64,000 nucleotides of DNA from Fidelibacterota bacterium (GTDB lineage: Bacteria; Fidelibacterota; Marinisomatia; Marinisomatales; JABMOV01), in the NCBI GenBank assembly GCA_013203145.1, contig JABMOV010000081.1, positions 10,765 to 74,764 on the forward strand, written 5' to 3'. The notes under the pieces were generated by a model. That model saw only the letters and a program-made list of their open reading frames with translations, was not told the origin of the DNA and searched no databases. The translations under genes were made by a program, and so were the position numbers. Positions 62,276 to 64,000 of this stretch are shown piece after piece; the first letter of the stretch is position 1; every line of letters begins with the position of its first letter.

Positions 62276-62340
62276 ATATTGTTTAATTACCCGTAGCGAA
62301 ATTGCCCGTCCCGATTTATCGGGAAGCTACGGGTGCATAT
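62264..62340 (-). repeat. 16-nt direct repeat duplicating the tRNA-Arg 5' end, with a nested hairpin in the tRNA operon leader
   Basis: AGCTACGGGTGCATAT occurs at 62264-62279 and 62325-62340. A 9-bp outer stem ACCCGTAGC/GCTACGGGT (62289-62334) encloses the inner hairpin TCCCGA-TTTA-TCGGGA (62309-62324). Confidence 0.8.
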
Positions 62341-62362
62341 GAATATTAATCACATTTAAAAA

Positions 62363-62400
62363 GCGCGGCGAATTTACATTCATGGTTGATCGTCCTTCAA
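62363..62400 (-). promoter_or_regulatory. candidate sigma-70-type promoter of the tRNA-Arg/Gln/Glu operon with GC-rich discriminator
   Basis: The minus strand reads TTGAAG-18 nt-TAAATT followed by CGCCGCGC, which resembles stringently controlled stable-RNA promoters. Consensus use in this lineage is unknown. Confidence 0.3.
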
Positions 62401-62414
62401 TGCTAAATGTAATA

Positions 62415-62447
62415 AAAAAGTCCCATCAATAATAGACAGGACTTTTT
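62415..62447. terminator. rho-independent terminator downstream of the T9SS cargo gene
   Basis: AAAAAGTCC-15 nt loop-GGACTTTTT. Followed by a T-run on the minus-strand transcript. Lies 23 nt after the stop at 62470. Confidence 0.5.
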
Positions 62448-62469
62448 TTCTATATTTTAGGAATTGTTT

Positions 62470-64000
62470 TTACTTGAGCAAGAATGCTTTTTGAGTATCA
62501 ATTCCTTGTGCAGTTTGAATCTGTATCAAATAAACACCAGAAGCATGTTGTGTTGCATTCCATGATAATTTATGTGAGCCACCAACCATTTCTCTTTCAT
62601 CCATGAGTACTTCTACTAATTGACCATTCAGATTATAGACAGAAATACGTACATCCATTTGATATGGCAATGAGAATGGCACGCTTACAACAGGGTTAAA
62701 TGGATTTGGATACAAATCATTCAATTTGGCTGTAGCAGGAATACCAATTAATTCTGTGGTTTCTTTTTCATCAAACACTACCGGAATATTTTTGCCATCA
62801 CGACTACTGACAATAACGGATTCAAATTCAGCAAAATCCCTTAAATCAAATGAAATGGACTGCTGTGCATTTTCAGCTGATAAATCAACTAGCATAACAT
62901 TCAACATACCGTCGATTTCACGATAGTTTAAGACCCAACCATCAGGTAACGCAATATTATCTAAGCTACTCTCGATTGCACTATTTGCAGTAACCTCAAA
63001 TTGAACTCCACCTATTGCAGCTTGACTTGAAACAATAATTTCAGTTGAAAAATTATCATGTAACGTTAATAAAGAAGCTTGAGCGTTTTCAGCCATGGGT
63101 GTCACACGACCGGAGAAGCCCATAACGTACTGAGCCAGTTGCACCACATCAAGAACATTAACATAGTTATCGCCGTTATAATTGGCTGATTCGCTAGTAC
63201 ATCCAGGATATTCGTCATTTAAAATCAGATCAACCAACATTAATACGTCAAACAAATCAATAACAGGTGCATTATCTAATACATCACCAGTCACGTTTCC
63301 TACTACATATACGTTGGCATTATCGCATGCATCACACACGTCGCCCATTAGATCACCATCAACATCTTCTTGATTTGGATTGTAATCATCTGGGCAATTA
63401 TCAAGATGGTTTAAAACCCCATCTTCATCTGAGTCAATGACTAATCCATCTAAACCTGATTGAGTTACACCAACAACTAATTTATCTGAAGATTGCTGAA
63501 CAATGGCTGTTATTCCAACATTTTCTTGAGCCCAATTATCCAAGAGCTCAAAAGATCCAGTAATTGTTTCACTTTCACCAACTGAATTAATTGTAAATGT
63601 TTCAGCTGCTAATTGATCACGTACAGCAAATCGAGTTTCGCCATTTAGCGAAGCACCTGACCAATACCCTTCAATATGATCTTCCCAGGCAAATACAGTT
63701 ACGTTTATACTTCCACCAGAGGAGTTATCATTACGCGTTATCTCAGCAGTGTAATTCACGGTTGTATTAACCACACCTCCGTATAACAAGACATCATAGC
63801 CAAGGGCATCAACAATGTATGTATTATAAATGGGGACGAATGAATTATACATTGGAGTCCAATTTCCATTGGGATAGCCACCTACGGTTTCTTCTACACC
63901 CTGCCATTGTGTATGAGGGATTCCGCCAACGCCATAATAGGATGCTCTAGAACTATACTCCGGAATAGGAAGATCTGAACCACCTGGGCTATAACCAGCA
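62470..64000 (-). CDS. T9SS-secreted protein with thrombospondin type-3 repeat and dockerin-like segment; 5' end lies beyond the window
   Basis: The frame stays open upstream of the track Met to base 64000 (AGYSPGGSDLPIPEYSS...). TSP3 motif DSDEDGVLNHLDNCPDDYNPNQEDVDGDLMGDVCD. Tail LYPNPFNPVVSVPFSLP...SGVYLIQIQT...AFLLK. Confidence 0.8.
   Translation of the reverse strand, partial: AGYSPGGSDLPIPEYSSRASYYGVGGIPHTQWQGVEETVGGYPNGNWTPMYNSFVPIYNTYIVDALGYDVLLYGGVVNTTVNYTAEITRNDNSSGGSINVTVFAWEDHIEGYWSGASLNGETRFAVRDQLAAETFTINSVGESETITGSFELLDNWAQENVGITAIVQQSSDKLVVGVTQSGLDGLVIDSDEDGVLNHLDNCPDDYNPNQEDVDGDLMGDVCDACDNANVYVVGNVTGDVLDNAPVIDLFDVLMLVDLILNDEYPGCTSESANYNGDNYVNVLDVVQLAQYVMGFSGRVTPMAENAQASLLTLHDNFSTEIIVSSQAAIGGVQFEVTANSAIESSLDNIALPDGWVLNYREIDGMLNVMLVDLSAENAQQSISFDLRDFAEFESVIVSSRDGKNIPVVFDEKETTELIGIPATAKLNDLYPNPFNPVVSVPFSLPYQMDVRISVYNLNGQLVEVLMDEREMVGGSHKLSWNATQHASGVYLIQIQTAQGIDTQKAFLLK

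Noticed and set aside
62024-62340. The tRNA cluster as an integration site of a genomic island
   Set aside because: No integrase or phage genes flank it. The only duplicated tRNA segment is 16 nt from the 5' end and lies only 61 nt away, unlike 3'-end att repeats that bracket an island.

Overview
AT-rich, very gene-dense bacterial chromosome segment. About 85% of the genes are on the minus strand, and many junctions are 4-nt ATGA start/stop overlaps. Two secreted proteins end in type IX secretion (T9SS) C-terminal sorting domains. A half-size GlgA-like gene is followed by a lipoprotein and a beta-barrel gene. Both points suggest an uncultivated member of the Fibrobacterota-Chlorobiota-Bacteroidota (FCB) group; this is my inference and no database was searched.

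The backbone is housekeeping: glyA, the cell-shape cluster mreB-mreC-mreD-mrdA-rodA, trxB-trxA, typA, tyrS, smpB, tadA, hsp20, a heptose kinase, one tRNA-Leu and a tRNA-Arg/Gln/Glu operon.

Accessory content:
- Four very large or modular exoproteins: a 1591-aa CapA/PKD/dockerin protein, an S8 protease with a dockerin, a 3087-aa Calx-beta/Ig/cadherin-like T9SS adhesin, and a TSP3/dockerin-like T9SS protein.
- A small islet at 29.7-33.7 kb. It holds an alpha/beta hydrolase broken by one in-frame TAA and a perfect 23-bp inverted-repeat pair sitting in two divergent promoter regions. It also holds a four-gene module: a small Cys-motif protein, a 6-TM protein, a sensor-less HisKA_3 kinase and a NarL-type regulator.

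Other points worth a second look:
- A poly-Asp/Glu/Tyr outer-membrane barrel directly upstream of the giant Ca-binding adhesin.
- A bacterial homologue of the eukaryotic GTDC1/QTMAN (tRNA-queuosine mannosyltransferase) family beside tRNA and translation genes.
- A tightly coupled GWxTD / Cas4-like nuclease / RNase H-like / orphan ABC ATPase block.

I saw no CRISPR array, transposase, integrase, rRNA or recognisable prophage. All calls rest on reading the translations and DNA by eye; no searches or computations were run.
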